From NCBI RefSeq assembly GCF_006345805.1, contig NC_042998.1, positions 104,718,001 through 104,782,000 of the forward strand: a stretch of DNA of 64,000 bases, written 5' to 3'. The notes below the pieces were generated by a model. That model had not been told where the DNA came from. It worked only from the letters and a program-made list of their open reading frames with translations, and did not search any database. Made by a program: the position numbers and the translations under genes. Shown here piece after piece: positions 40,766-55,584 of this stretch (positions are counted from its first letter, which is position 1; each line of letters starts with the position of its first letter). Origin of the DNA: Octopus sinensis. Lineage: Eukaryota.

Positions 40766-41945
40766 TTACCCCATGGTTATTGGTATTGCTATTTCTTCAA
40801 TTATTTTGGAAGATTATCTTATTGTTATTTTATTAATACTACTGGTACTGGTATGATTGATATTCATATTGATATTCAACTTTAGTTAAAATTAAATCCT
40901 AGCCCTTTAATTTGTTTAAATTTTAAAACCTGAATATTCGGGTTAACCTGCAATTACATCTAATTCCCAACAACTTTAACTTCACATCACCCCATTTGTA
41001 ACAACATCTCTAAATCTATCAATATTTATATCCTGATAATAAATGCTTTCATGGCCTCTATAATGTGAATAAAAATAGTATCCTTTCACTCTCTAACATT
41101 ATTCCTCCCACTATGTTAGATTAAAAACTGAACATTTCTGTCTTAGACTGACCCATCTCCATGAAAATCCTATATCAAATTTCAACACAATGGCTGGAGA
41201 ATATTTGACCTATGTACCAGTGGTAACCAAAACCTTTTCAGGCTGCTGCCCCTTGGCTTCCATGCTACATCCCTAGCACTCCACCCAATTCACCCCCACA
41301 ATCATAGACCACTCTGTGCAGCAAATTCAAAACAAATATAATTCACATATAAAACTTAACCTAATTAACCCATTATTTGGAGAGGAGGGGTACATGGAGG
41401 GTATATCCATTTCCGACTGTTGCTGCCCCATTATTGCCCTACTTTTCTTCAAAATCCACTGAATCTTTCCATCGCCATCATGGAGGCTGTACCACCCATT
41501 TTGGAAACCACTGCTATATGCAATGATAATATGGTAATGACAATATGGTAATATGGTGCTGACCCATGTATGAAACCGTCCCTCTTCCAGATTTGGCGAT
41601 ACAATACCACTACTTCTACTAAGTGACTCCTGTATCACTCCCTTACTTGCTCCAACCACTTTGTAACTTGTCTTCACCGTTTTCAATTCTACTTGAACAT
41701 CTCTATCTCCCCCCACATACCCCCACAATAGCCATTCCTAAAGTACTCTGCTTGTTATGTCCAGAAATAGCTCTGACGAAAGTAGCATTAATTTTCTTAA
41801 GTCGTTCAATATGCCTCAATTGATCAATAAAGCAAATGAATAAACCTTTCACTAATATAATTATAACGACTACTGGAAACAGCTGTAAACCAAATTTGCT
41901 CAAATAAAGATATTATATGTGAGGACCATTATTTTAAACTTGTTT

Positions 41946-41985
<40 letters not shown>

Positions 41986-41987
<2 letters not shown>

Positions 41988-42383
41988 CGCAGGAGTGGCT
42001 GTGTGGTAAGTAGCTTGCTAACCAACCGCATGGTTCCGGGTTCAATCCCACTGCGTGGCATCTTGGGCAAGTGTCTTCTGCTATAGTCCCGGGCCGACCA
42101 ATGCCTTGTGAGTGGATTTGGTAGACGGAAACTGAAAGAAGCCTGTCGTATATATGTATATGTGTGTATGTGTGTGGTGTTTGTCCCCCTAGCATTGCTT
42201 GACAACCGATGCTGGTGTGTTTACGTCCCCGTCACTTAGCGGTTCGGCAAAAGAGACCGATAGAATAAGTACTGGGCTTACAATGAATAAGTCCCGGGGT
42301 CGATTTGCTCGACTAAAGGCGGTGCTCCAGCGTGGCCGCAGTCAAATGACTGAAACAAGTAAAAGAGTAAAAGAGTAAAAGAG
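41986..42383 (+). mobile_element. SINE family 1 copy, high identity to the family pattern
   Basis: Complete head and (AAAAGAGT)n tail, sitting in a TA tract. Confidence 0.9.
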
Positions 42384-42399
42384 TATATATATATATGCA

Positions 42400-42990
42400 C
42401 ATAATCAGGGTGTGATGTATAAATTGTTGCCATTTTATTTTTTTAATTTCGCGCAGGCTCATTGTTTGTTTTTGATTTTGTCGGTTACAGAGTCAATTGA
42501 GCACCGTCTGTGAGAGAAAAAAAAAAGCACCATGACGTAATTCACTCTACCAGAAATTTGGAAACAACATGCTGTACTGTGCTTGGCATACACGCCGGAA
42601 GCTCCAGTACGAACATTTCAGAGTGTTTGGGAGTCAATCTGATGGCAGAGTAGAGGAATCAAAAAGAGTTGGATGAGTCTAATAGTGATTACGAAGGTAC
42701 GGCAGCTCGGAAAACTCACTCGAATCGTTCTGAAAAGAACTCCTGAATTTGCTAGTGAAATCCAGACCATGACTGAAAACGATCACTTCAAGTCAATCAG
42801 GTCGGCCTCTAGGGACATGGGAGTGTCTGAGTGTCTTATCAGGTAGGTAGTGCATGAAGACATTCGGTAATCCTCATACAAGATGAGAAAGGGCTAATTT
42901 TTACTCCAAGCCATCAAGGGCAAGAGGAAAAGCCGCGCTACGAGGATTTGGAACAAACTTAAGCATCCCCTCCCACCGAACATGATTGCC
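42400..42990 (+). mobile_element. Tc1/mariner-like remnant
   Basis: Degenerate HTH-like text (PEFASEIQTMTENDHFKSIRS...VSECLIR*VVHEDI); no intact frame. Confidence 0.45.
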
Positions 42991-43495
42991 GTGAAACAAA
43001 TAATCTACATCCTTAACGCCCCACCCACCTCACCCCCACAAACATAGATCACTCACTCTGCAGCAAATCCAAAACAACCGTATTTCACATATAAAACTTA
43101 ACCTAATTAACCCATTATTTGGAGAGGAGAGGTACATGGAGGGGTACATCTATTGCCTCCTGTTGCTGCCCCATTATTGCCCTACTTTTCTTCAACGTCC
43201 ACTGAATCTTTCCATCGTCCCCATGGGGGCAGTACCGCCCGCTTTGGGAACCACTGCTATATACAATGATAATATGGTAATGGATGCTGATCCATGTATT
43301 AAACTGCCCCTCTTCCAAATTTGGTAATACAATACCCTTACTTCTACTAAGTGACTCCTGTATCACTCCCTTACTTGCTTCACCCACTTTGTAACTTGTC
43401 TTCTCTTTTCTCCAGTTAAATAGTATGCCACTTTACACTCACATATGCATACACATACACACACACACACCACACACATATATATATATATATAC

Positions 43496-43565
<70 letters not shown>

Positions 43566-44249
43566 GTACATATTCTTTACTCTTACGTAATTAATAGCAT
43601 CAAGAAAGAAAGTACTCCAGCCGTTGGCAGGTAATACCATTTAATATACGCAGTATCTAAATATGAGCTTCTAATAGTTTAATGCTGTGGAAACAATTAT
43701 TCGGTATATTTATATATCAAGTCTTATGTCATCAAATGGTCATTTAGGTTCGAAAGCACATGGCTGGCCTTATTTGTAAAACTGTGGAAAGATGCTAGCC
43801 TATGAGGAAACACGAGGACGGGCGAGAGGAAGGTTAATGTAAATGGTGGAATGAGAAAATGTAGACAAGAAATAAAAGCGGTAAAAAGAAGAAAGGAAAG
43901 ATTGCCAAGAATAGTGTCCTCTTTTGTCCATCGAAATCCTTATTAGTATAGTAAGGGTAGAATAATTTAACAGGCAGGAGGCTGAAGCCAGTAAGAGAGC
44001 ATAATTAATACGGTGAGCGTGGTGTCCTCCTGTTCGTCAAAAGAAACATACCCGTGGCTTCAAATATAAGATATCTTACAACTCATCGATTGAAAATATG
44101 AAACTTAGAAATAGACTCAGGAAAATATCATGGTTCACTCCACCCGTCCTTTTCTTTAAATGTTAAGAGTAACACTGCCAAAAAAATTCTTCCAGTAAAC
44201 CATAAATGCAGGAACATTTTAAAATAGATATTCAGAAAAATTATGTGCA

Positions 44250-44620
44250 GTTGCTGCCCATAATATTAAGACCATCATAATTCGCAATTCACACCAACAG
44301 ACTACTCCTAGTTGTAATCACTGAGACCCAGAATGTTGCTCAGTTTATGAAACTGAAGTCACAGCAGTACTCCGACAATTTTAATAGAAGCTACGCGAAC
44401 CACCAGCCATCTTTCGGACGCATGGAGAAAAATAAAGCCACAAAGTATGTTAGCCATATATAAGATCTGAAGGCCAATTGTACATCGCATATAATCAAGT
44501 GGAGCATCGTTAATTAATCCACACCACAGGTAAATTGATTGAGGAGATGCAAGTGATGTGTAGCCAAAAGATTTCACATTCTTGATAGTTGCAAGAATTC
44601 CCCCACACTAGTTAATTCCC
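44250..44620 (+). mobile_element. Penelope-like GIY-YIG C-terminal remnant
   Basis: I*DLKANCTSHIIKWSIV...RRCK*C motif; same family as 48350-49330. Confidence 0.6.
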
Positions 44621-45632
44621 GATCCGAAACTTTTAACAAATGCAAGCACATGGACAAATTTCTTCTCTCCAACGGGTGGACACCACCCTGTTTAGATTAA
44701 GCATATTTTCTTACAGACTTAGGCTTCCTATCCGCTGAATTATCTTGCAGTTACTATTTTAATTATGATATTGATTAAAAAAAGGACGCAACATTGATTT
44801 CCTTTCCGTTCTTTCTCTTTCTGCTTCTATTACCTTTTTGTTTTCTCGTCCTTCCTCTTTTCATTTCACCGTTTGCATTTACCTTCCTCTCGCCTTTTCT
44901 CATTCTTTCTCATGGACCACTATTTTGTTTCAGCTTTTCAAATAAGATCAGCCAGGTGTATTTGATTCTAAAGGATTGTTTGGAGACGCAAGGCACGATA
45001 TTTAAATCTATCAAATTATTGTTTCTACAGTATGAAACTATTTGTAGCTCATACTTAAATTCTTTACATATAAAATGATAAACGTGCACACGCATGTGTA
45101 AATATATTAATATACGTATACATATATATGTGTATTAATGCGTTTGCGCGTATAACCCAGGTGTTTACAACAGGAAGCACTTCCGTAGATATCGGATTTT
45201 AGAAAACTGTATATTGGAAACGTTTTCAGTCGACCACTCTTGCCGAAATTATTATAACCTTAAGTAAGTTTGATTGTTTTGAATTATGATGAAACGATTC
45301 TAAATGAAGTATTAAAGTAGTGATTTTCTAACTCGCTTTTGTTATAGTTGTCATGTGCGCGCGCGCGTGTGTGTGCGTGTGTAAAAATATAACTGGGGGA
45401 TAGAGTGCGCGTACGCATGTGTGCGTATGTGTGAATGTTTTTGAGTAAACAATAACAAAGTTATTCTTTGGTGGGTATTTGAAGTATTTATTTCCATCAA
45501 CCAAGTGATATTTGTTTGTTGTGTAGTCCATGTGAGTCTGGTCGATCGATGAACAAGAGTGTCTCAACGAATTTCATGATAAAAACTTTATACTTTTAAT
45601 GATTAAAAATATACAAGTGCATTTAAGCGTAC

Positions 45633-46081
45633 TTTATTAAACATTAATATTGTTTGAAAATAAATAAGAATTTAAAGCTTTTATACAAATATACAGAAGA
45701 AAATCGAGTAGCTGTGTTGTTATTGTCTTCCAATTGTACATTTATCGACTGAAGATTGTATATTGAACTTTTAAAATCTTAATGAAACGGATCCAAGCGT
45801 TTTCATTGACGGATCATTAAGAAGTTATCATCATGTCACAATAGCTATTACTTTTGTCGTTACTGTTTTTTAAGCGTGTAACCTAATGGAATTGCCAAAT
45901 TTGTTGGCCACAATAACAATTATTATTGACACTTTGGTTACAGAATATTCATACAAAACTTCAATCTCCATCTGATTTACAAGTTCAGGTATTCTGTGTA
46001 AATTTTACGACTGATATTAACTTGATCATGTGGATTCCTACGTATCTCTAGGTCCGAATATATTGGTACATCCGCCTTTTC
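45633..46081 (-). other. Gene C 3' UTR with AATAAA at 45638-45633
   Basis: Homologous to the gene B 3' UTR. Confidence 0.65.
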
Positions 46082-46092
46082 TTAAGAGCAGC
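46082..46092 (-). CDS. Gene C terminal coding exon, (S)CS*
   Basis: tttcttttctttacctatctag|gc tgc tct taa; paralog of 18296-18303. Confidence 0.8.
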
Positions 46093-46970
46093 CTAGATAG
46101 GTAAAGAAAAGAAATAAAGCAACTTTTAATAACTGGTTGTAAAATAAAATTTTGCTCAATATAATGAAAGTAAGTAAATCAAATATTGAATTAAAATTGA
46201 AGTAAAATAAAAAATAAAACGAAAATGCATTTATAGTTCTGTTGAAAAGTGAGTAAACATCTTAATAAACCGCTGAACAATATTAACATAGAAGTAATTT
46301 GTGAATTATGCTTGAATAGGTTATTAAACTTAGTACTGAATGTAATACCACTATGTTCGAATTACATTAAGGTATGTGATCGGCAAAAAGCAGATCGCCC
46401 ATTCAAATTGTAAAGCTCAAAATATGTGAAAAAAATTTACATATATGTTTCAGTTCTAACTCCTTGTTGATATGCAATTCTAAGCATTTGGTCATATGCT
46501 AAGAAAGGTATAATTTTTTGTCTGTATGAGGAAGAGCTTCTTCAAGGTTATTATGTGCTTATCCATCCTTCAAAGATAAATGTTACCCTTAGTTCTATAA
46601 GCTCATAATAACCCTAGAGAGATTCTCCTCCATATGATGCTTTTCTTAGCATATAACCAAATGTTTAGAAATGCATATCAAGTAAGAGGTACAAGTGAAA
46701 CATATATGTAGGATTTTATCCATTTTTTGAGCTTTGCATCTTATGATTTATTTGTATTATGTCTTTTAAAAGATTCAACATCTTTATATCATACAAGTAA
46801 ATTATTCATACATCAATTTTCCTCCATTTTCTTTCTTTCAATATTAATAATATGTATTAAAACAATAATCCCTAACATATCGCAGAGACTTTCGCATTAT
46901 ATGAAAGTGCTTAACCAGTGGAATCTTTTGGATTATGTAATCCCTAATGTGGATCTAACTTCTTCGTATT

Positions 46971-47020
<50 letters not shown>

Positions 47021-47052
47021 GTGTGTGTGCGTGTGTGTGTGTATGTGTGAGC

Positions 47053-47099
<47 letters not shown>

Positions 47100-47180
47100 C
47101 AAAGTATAAATACATATATAATGAAATAAACTCCTAGCTGCAATTTGAGAATAGTAAATACTACTTAATATTGCATTAAT

Positions 47181-47330
47181 GGATCAAAACAGTTTGATGC
47201 AAATTCATTTGTACTCCGAATTTCAAGCGTGATGCTAATCATAAGTCATTGGGAATGCCCAACGGCTACAGATTAGCATCACGCTTGAAACTCGGAGTAC
47301 CAACGAATTTGAATCAAACTGTTTTGATCC
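47181..47330. repeat. Short foldback (~60 bp arms) in the last intron of gene C
   Basis: ggatcaaaacagtttga...gcgtgatgctaatc versus gattagcatcacgc...tcaaactgttttgatcc. Confidence 0.85.
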
Positions 47331-47475
47331 TTACATGTAACTCCCAATAAATATGTCGAGTGCCCTTCTTTCGGTTGTCCAGTCACTCGTTAATATTGAA
47401 TTAAGTAATATTAAGGACTTCGAACAGTATGTATTTCCTTTCTTTAATAAAATACTTGAAAATTCCTGTGCTCAC

Positions 47476-47589
47476 TCTTATATGTAGTTTCGAGGAGAAC
47501 CCCATTCCGTATTTTTCGACAATATAAATCAAAACACTTGGATCGCTTTCTTTCTCCAATGGGTAAACACTGACCATTTATTGGACAAC
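47476..47589 (-). CDS. Gene C last module exon, (G)CPINGQCLPIGERKRSKCFDLYCRKIRNGVLLETTYK(S)
   Basis: ttttttattctggcag|gt acceptor, a|gtgagc donor, 114 nt (same length as gene B's last module), phase 1-1. Confidence 0.88.
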
Positions 47590-48349
47590 CTGCCAGAATA
47601 AAAAAGTAGTTTATTTTTAAATCAGTTATTGCTTCTATGAAATATAATTTTTTATTTTCGTTTTCTCAGATATATACATTATGCATTGGTAAACACAATT
47701 AAATAATAATCGATAGTTAAAACACGCTGGCTGGTTGTTTGATTGATTTCTTCACTCATGCATTACATCTCATAGAGAGAAAGTATGAACAGTAAAAGAG
47801 AGGTGCAGAGAAAGATAAAATAATGGGTGCAGAATAAGTGCTTAGATGGAGGAATAAGACAAGAGTGCTAAACACACAGTGAGAGAGAAAGTTCATACAG
47901 ACAGCAGTGGGGGATAAGTAAATGACAAAGTAGTTACGGAAAATACATACATGCATGTGTGAAACGAAATACCTCAGATACTGCGTACTACAGACTAACA
48001 GTTTAAAATAACTTAAATGATGGTACGTATACATATGCATGAAGTGTATATACTTTAGTAAACATGTACTTAGGAAAAATAATTTAGAATTTATTCCATA
48101 TTTCATATCCAAAATGTAGATGAACAATCAAATGCAAAATTATTCACTGCGAATGAAAATGAAAATTTACCCACACAATATATATATATATATACAAACT
48201 TACATACAGGATTTAAATTCGATAATCTGACAAGCGTGTATAGCATGATGTGTATTGCTAAGCAACCTTTCAGGTTCAAACGTGCAACATGGTTGGTCTT
48301 TTTTGAAAAAAAAAAATTGGGACGCCAGTTTGTTGGAAAACACGAAAAT

Positions 48350-49330
48350 CTACCTTAGTCTTTCAGAAAATTTTGCAGTTCTGTAGATTTTTCGGCTAAA
48401 CAAAACCTGCATTTCTTTGATCCATTAACCTATGGCGAGGATCATTCCATGATGCTCCACTTGATAGTATGTGGTGTGCAGTTAGCCTTCAGATCCCAAA
48501 TATTGCTAACTTCGTGGCTATAGTATTATTCACGATCGGAGAGAAGGCAAGTAGTTAGCCTATCTTTTGCTAAAATTTGTTCTGTCAATGCATGTTTTCT
48601 GTTAAGTTTCCGTATTCTGGAACGCTACTGTCACTTCAGCTTCATAAAACACTGAAATAATCGTGCATATTTGGTCGAGTGCGCGAGGTTCTGGGTTTCA
48701 ATAGTTACAACTAGGAGTGGTCGCTTGGTATGACCTCTGAATGATAATATTTTTCCTATTGGTTTATCAGCTGTATGTCCATTACAAATTTTGTTAACTG
48801 GAAATTCTTATCTATTAAGGCAAAGAATTTTTACCTACGTCAGTCTTAACATTCAAAGAGAATGGGAACCAAGAATATAATCTTTTTTGATTTTGTAATT
48901 TTAATCATAGGGTTGTAAGTTATCTTTTCTTTCAACCCACTGTTAACCAGGGTGTAACTATAATAGGGAGTTTCCTTATCGATTGTTTCCTTTGAAGAGA
49001 AGAGGTTAGATATATTATTGTTGATATTGACTATAAGGGTTTTGAACACTATATTGGTACAATGTAGTAGGATTGTTTATGTAGATACATCACTTTTTCA
49101 TCAGGTTTATTTTGAGAAGACACGTTTAGGTCTAGGGCAGCATCTAAGAAATCGACTTTAGAGAAGTTAGTAATTACAGTAATTATGAGGTCTATTCGTC
49201 ATAAAGTATTTCTGAAATTCTTCGTAGATTTAACAAGTCCATCATAGCCTATACTATTGTCATGGTATTGACGAATGTTATGGTAGGGAAACTTAGATAT
49301 CTATCTAATATAAAAAGACCTACTATCAGC
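48350..49330 (-). mobile_element. Penelope-like element remnant
   Basis: KKII..P.SLNVKTDVGK.FFALIDKNF and IWDLKANCTPHTIKWSI...KKCRFCLAEK motifs in broken frames. Confidence 0.7.
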
Positions 49331-50493
49331 ACTATCATATGAATCCATCGATTCATCAAATAATTAATCTTTTTCAGACTTTATATATAAATGAAGCTGT
49401 GTGGCCCAGTGGTTACGGTGTTGCACTCGCGATTCTAAGATCGCAGTTTCGGTTACCGAACTGGAAGGTACAATGTGTTCTTGAGCAAAATGCTTCATCT
49501 CATGTTCCTTTGCAAATACTTCTCTGTTTGATGTATAGCACACCGTGCACTCGTTCAGGTAAAGTCGATTTGATGAAAGAAGTGATTTCATGTATACCAC
49601 AGGATTTTGTTTATAATAAGCAAATTGTCTGTGCAGGTTGGTCAGCAAGATGTTACAGAATCCTCATCTGCAGCTTACAAGAGGAGAGGCAATCATATAC
49701 ATACAAGCATACATACATACATACATACATACATACATACATACATACATACATACATACATACATACACACATACATACATACATACATACATACATAC
49801 ACACACATATATACATACATACATATATACACACACACATGTATACATACATACATACATACATACATACATACACACACACACAAAAGCACACTAATAT
49901 ATATTTATATATAAATATATATATATACGCTGAGAGAGGGAGAGAGAGAGGAGAAAAGAGAGAAAAGAAGCATGAATTTGGTATTCTTTTATTTCATCTG
50001 TTACACGATTTTGAGTTCGATTATTTATGATGTATTATAAATGCAATTTACAAAGACCTTTTAATCACTCCAGTTATGTCTTCAGGTCACGTATTTATAT
50101 AAGATGGTTGCATGTCTATGATTCGATGTTTGGTATGATTATATGCTCTTTGTAAATTGCATTTAGAAATCGCATTTATAATACATCTATAATTAAATAC
50201 TGAAACTTTTGTAACAGATTAAATAAACGAACAACAGAACACCAAATTCGCGCTTCATGTTTTTCTCTCATTATATATTGTTTAATTATTTGTCAGAGCT
50301 ATCATACAAGAATGACCGGAAAATCCTTTATGTCGTATATAATTAGTAACTGATGGAGACCAATTGATAAAGATCACATGACAAATAAAGTATTATTTTC
50401 TGTTAGTATATGAACTATATATATTTTTGGTATTTAGAAAATGAATGTTTTAGCGTATTACATGACCTTGCTCCGAGTGATTTACAAGCTTAC

Positions 50494-50610
50494 CCATGAG
50501 TTTTTCGGAAAAATAGTATCCATTTCTGAGTTTCTTACAAATTCCATAGCGACACTGCTTGAGTTTGTATTTCTTTCCAGTTTTGTAACACACGTTATTA
50601 TATATACAAC
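50494..50610 (-). CDS. Gene C module exon, (G)CIYNNVCYKTGKKYKLKQCRYGICKKLRNGYYFSEKLM
   Basis: tttttcccctcaaag|gt acceptor, g|gtaagc donor, 117 nt, phase 1-1. Confidence 0.88.
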
Positions 50611-51768
50611 CTTTGAGGGGAAAAATAGTTTTTGTTTATTTCAGTGATTGAAATTTATACTTGTGTGAAATATGTAATTATATTGGTCTCATCTGAAATA
50701 TATAAATTATTCTCTCAATAAATTTATGACTACTGAATATTAACTACATTTTGAAAGACAAGTATTTACCTGAAAATTATGTCACATCTCAAGTATAATT
50801 AATGCCTCAATCAATAAACTCACATAACTAAACATGGCGTATGTCTTTTAACAGAGGGGGAGGTATTACGTTTTGCTTATAGATATTTATTGATTTAATA
50901 GAATATATTCACGAGTGCATTTTTCTTAAACATATCTTAATGAAAGCTTTACAACAAGTTTTGCTTTCTGTTGGCATTCTGGTTAAGTGTAATATAATTT
51001 GAGATGTACTAGATGATATATCTTTTCAGCAACATATTTTAAATTCGATGTGAAAAAGAAGCAATGATTTTACACCATAGATTTTATCTCTCTGTGTTTA
51101 AAAGAAATGGCATCATTTTCACCTTCCCTAGAGCTTCGCAAGCGGAAGAAAATGCAGCTTCTGTTAAAGATGATTAGAAGTATATAGCTAACTCAAATGT
51201 ATAGAACTTGGAAATTACTCTGTCTAAGTTGCATAACAGTTTCCAACATGGAATCATTTAGTAATATCCTCGTGCACTGCAAATTGCTTTTGAATAATTT
51301 GAAATGTAATCTTTTCTAATTTCTCTTAGATCGTTCACCATTTTCATTTGCACGGACAAGTAAAATCTGTGGTGTGACCAATTTGTTTACTACCCACAGC
51401 GTCGATAAAATACATAATTTTAACGTATTATAGATAGAAACTGGGAGGTGTCAAGACTTTATATTATACATGGAAAAGAATAGAAAGAGAGACAGAAAAG
51501 AATTTTCTTTTCACTTGGAGAGAAAATATCGAGTGAGGAAACAGATAATTGCCAAGCTGCGTATGTTTCGTAGTAAGTGTCTCTCTCTGTATCGTTTGGT
51601 GCTTGTTTGCATGAATATGTGTGTGATACACATGTGCACATGCATATGTATACACAGACATATATATGCACGTATATATGCGTGTATGCATGTACGTATA
51701 TATCTATGTCTATTTATCTATCTATCTATCTAAACATACGTACATCATACATACATGCATATATATAT

Positions 51769-51814
<46 letters not shown>

Positions 51815-53704
51815 TATATATATATACAAATTTAGCAAACAATAGAACGTAAGCTAGCAAGACAAATGAAAAGTAACAAAATATAGATTATTCTCATACA
51901 TGTTTCACTATATAGATCTGCAAATTATATTTGTATAGGCGGTCACACTGAGGATCTACGGGCAGATTGCGTAAGTAAAAATTACGTAATATGATAATAC
52001 TGAAACATATTATATTTCTATGTCTATACATATGTATACACATACATTTACACGTATGTATGTATATATGTATGTATGTATGTATCGCACAAATATTTAT
52101 ATTCACTACCACAAGTACCTACATATGCGAGTATACACACACATGCATTTTAACACATACACACAGACACGCATATCTATCTATCTATTTATCTCTACAT
52201 ATATATACAAATGTATGTATACATGTACACATAATATATCTTTATACACATGCATTCCACGCATATATATACACACACATAGACTAACATGCACACATGT
52301 ATACATAAAAATATATATAAATATCTATTTCTATGTCTATACATATACATATACACACATTCACACGTATGTATGTATGTTTGTATGTGTATGTATGTAT
52401 GTGTGTATGTATGCATGTATGTATGTATGTATGTATGTATGTATGTATGTATGTATGCATGTATGTATGTATGTTTGTATGTATGTATTTATGAATGTAT
52501 GTATATACACTTCAAAGGTTGCAGAATTGTGTATCGATAAATATATTAGTTAATCAAATTGCAAAACAGTTCCATTTTCATATTTGTATTAGTATTTGTA
52601 CAATTTTCCAATAGTAAATATTACATTACAAAAACATTTATATAACAACAATCTTCAGATAAATAGTTACTTAGTATTATCAACAAGCAGTTAATGTAAT
52701 TCACATATGCTTACTGTAGGAAATTGACTGAAATTTTCTTTGAAATATTTTCCGATACTCTCCAGAAGGCTGCAACTTCCGAAAACTATTTTAAGCAATA
52801 GGCTTGCTTCTAAGGTAACACAATTGACATTAGTTGTGCATATTCATACAAACAGTTTAACTCATCAGGCACTGAAAGAGGATTCGGCTACAATCAGCCG
52901 TTGAAAAACGTTGGATACTACAGACTGTAGCCTCTATTCAAATATTCTTAAATGAAGTTAATTGCATATATAGATTAATAAGACTGTCTATTTTACTATA
53001 TTTTCTTAGTAAAACTGGATTTAAATCAATATGATTATTTTCCTTCCTTTTCACTCAGAATAGGTTTAAGCTTATCGTTAATTTTTTTTCTCTTACTTTT
53101 ATTCAAATTTCGCTTGAAACATTAAGCTTTTGAAATTGGGCACATTAGAAGCATTTTCTTACCACATGTTACTAAATGATTGCTAACTGGGATCTGACGT
53201 TTACAAATTTGATGCCGATGTACACGTGAGCGATCCGATAATTCTGTCTAATTTTTCGACAAGCCCAGCATTTGAGTAAATCGATTGCATCCTCCCCAGT
53301 ATTTGACTGGTTCTAATCTTATTCACCCCAAAAAGATAACAGACAAAATCAATCACGACTCAATCAGAACATAAAGTCTGTCGAAATGCCGGCATTTGCT
53401 TTGTTCGTCTTGTTGACAGTTTTGGCAGCTCGCCGCTTTTAGGACGCCATATATAATGGTTTGTGATGATTAGTTGTAACAGATACAGTTGTTTGCATTC
53501 TTACTTCAGCTCCTACTGAGACATAACTAAAATATCATCGTATTATGGTTAATGAAATAAATGTCTTTTTTTAGAACAATGCAATAGGTTCTCCAACTAC
53601 ACTGAGATGTTCAACAACAGCATATCATCGGGGAACAATTTATTGCATTAAGTTACATATTAATATGTACAAATTGGTATATGTATGTATGTGTGTGTAT
53701 ATAT

Positions 53705-53770
<66 letters not shown>

Positions 53771-54057
53771 CATTTTCAGCATGAGATAAAAATCTAAGGC
53801 TGTGAAAGATTTCAGAACATTTATAAATAGAAGGTATTACAGCTGCTTTCAAAATATTTTATATATCCCTTCATCGAAGACGGTGTGAAAAAATGGTTAA
53901 GCAATATACATGCTGATGTATGACCTGCGTTGGACTCCTCATTCGCTTAATAACTGAACCTGGACGTTAACTGTAGTCTGTCAGCATTTACTGACACCTT
54001 TGGGTCTTATTGGCACCATTACCTCTCATAAACTCTCTCTCTCTCTATCTCTCTCTC

Positions 54058-54101
<44 letters not shown>

Positions 54102-54587
54102 AACATATATACATACACATATATATATATATATATATATTTACATACACTCATATATAAATATATATGTATGTGCGTGTGTATATATTTAATTTTTGTA
54201 ATGTTATAAATAATACTGAAAACTATAATGCTTGTCCACTATTGGAAACGAAGAAAAAGACTACTATAATGTGCACAAGTTACTGTTTTACCAGTGTACT
54301 GCTATTGACGTTTAGCCTCTGAGAAACGTTGTTGACGCAGACGTATGATCAAAGGTAGCTTAAAGATCATCGCTTACATTGGGGAACAAAATATCAAATA
54401 ATTTCCATCGTTTATTAAGATTGTGGAATGTGAATTGAGTGAGATTTTGCTCCTCTTTTATCCCCTGTTAGCTGCTCAATGAATTTTTATGTTGATTATG
54501 AAAAAGAATAATATTCCTATTGATCAGAATTCATAAATTTCACATGAACAATTTTCATTATACAACTGATGATACTTTTTAACATAC

Positions 54588-54704
54588 CTGTGAATTCCCT
54601 CTTCCATTCATATCCAGTCATTAAATCCATACAGGTACGGCGTACACACTTACTTTCTGTTACAGTTTCACCAGGCTGGTAGCATTTGTGATGGAAACTA
54701 CAGC
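54588..54704 (-). CDS. Gene C module exon, (G)CSFHHKCYQPGETVTESKCVRRTCMDLMTGYEWKREFT
   Basis: tatttttttcag|gc acceptor, cag|gtatgt donor, 117 nt, phase 1-1. Confidence 0.88.
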
Positions 54705-55433
54705 CTGAAAAAAATAGATAAGAACAATTTCAAATAATCGCAAAATGACGTTTAGAAAGTATAGAATTCTTTTACAACTCTTTACCTCGGAAACATTGTA
54801 CTTCCCCCTAGGTCTAATAAACTTACAAATACTTCATACATGAATTCTATACGTCATGTTCCATTGAAACGTCAACCAACTGACTGAAACTGGAAAATGC
54901 ATTTCAAACGTGGGTATTAACAATTATTTATGGAAAGCTTAACATACATACTGACATACTAACACGTAAAAACGCAGAGACACGCAACTAAAACATCTGT
55001 ATAGCTATATTTATGTGTATATCTACATATGTAATATGTGCGCATATATACAGTCTTCGGATTATCATCCGACTGACAGCTTGGAAAAACTACACACACA
55101 CATAAGCGAAGTGTAGGTTAGTTAAAATATGTTTGTAACATATTTCAACTGCTAAAGGCAAATTCACTACAGTTACCGTGGATAAAAAAAATTCTATGTC
55201 CATGGTTTCAAATTTTGGCACAAGGCCAGGCCAGTAGTTTCAAGGGAATGGGTAAGTCGCTACGTCAACCCCTGTGCTCTACTGCTACATATTTTATCGA
55301 TCCCAGAAGGATGAAAGGCAAAGTCAACCTCGGCGGAACTTGAACTCATAACTCAAAGACGGACGAAATGCCACTGAGCATTTTGCTCGGCGAGCTAACG
55401 ATTCTGCCACCTCGCCTATATATGTGTGTGTAA

Positions 55434-55504
<71 letters not shown>

Positions 55505-55527
55505 ATATTATATATATATATATATAT

Positions 55528-55584
<57 letters not shown>

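Larger units (their letters stand above)
41281..43403. repeat. Duplicated ~390 bp retroelement-like fragment (~41281-41675 and ~43021-43403)
   Basis: Clear direct similarity; the two copies flank a SINE and a Tc1-like remnant. Confidence 0.75.

Noticed and set aside
50055-50110. gaagacataactg (EDIT-G), matching the end of the 60479 exon
   Set aside because: No GT donor follows, no Cys frame lies upstream, and a 13-nt match can be chance.
51300-51410. Possible decayed module exon in gene C (gc tgt...IGHTTDFTCPCK)
   Set aside because: No AG acceptor, immediate stops and wrong Cys spacing.
53160-53260. Good donor with upstream Cys codons in a gene C intron
   Set aside because: Translates as HRHQICKRQIPVSNHLVTCG, resembling a Penelope GIY-YIG remnant rather than a module.
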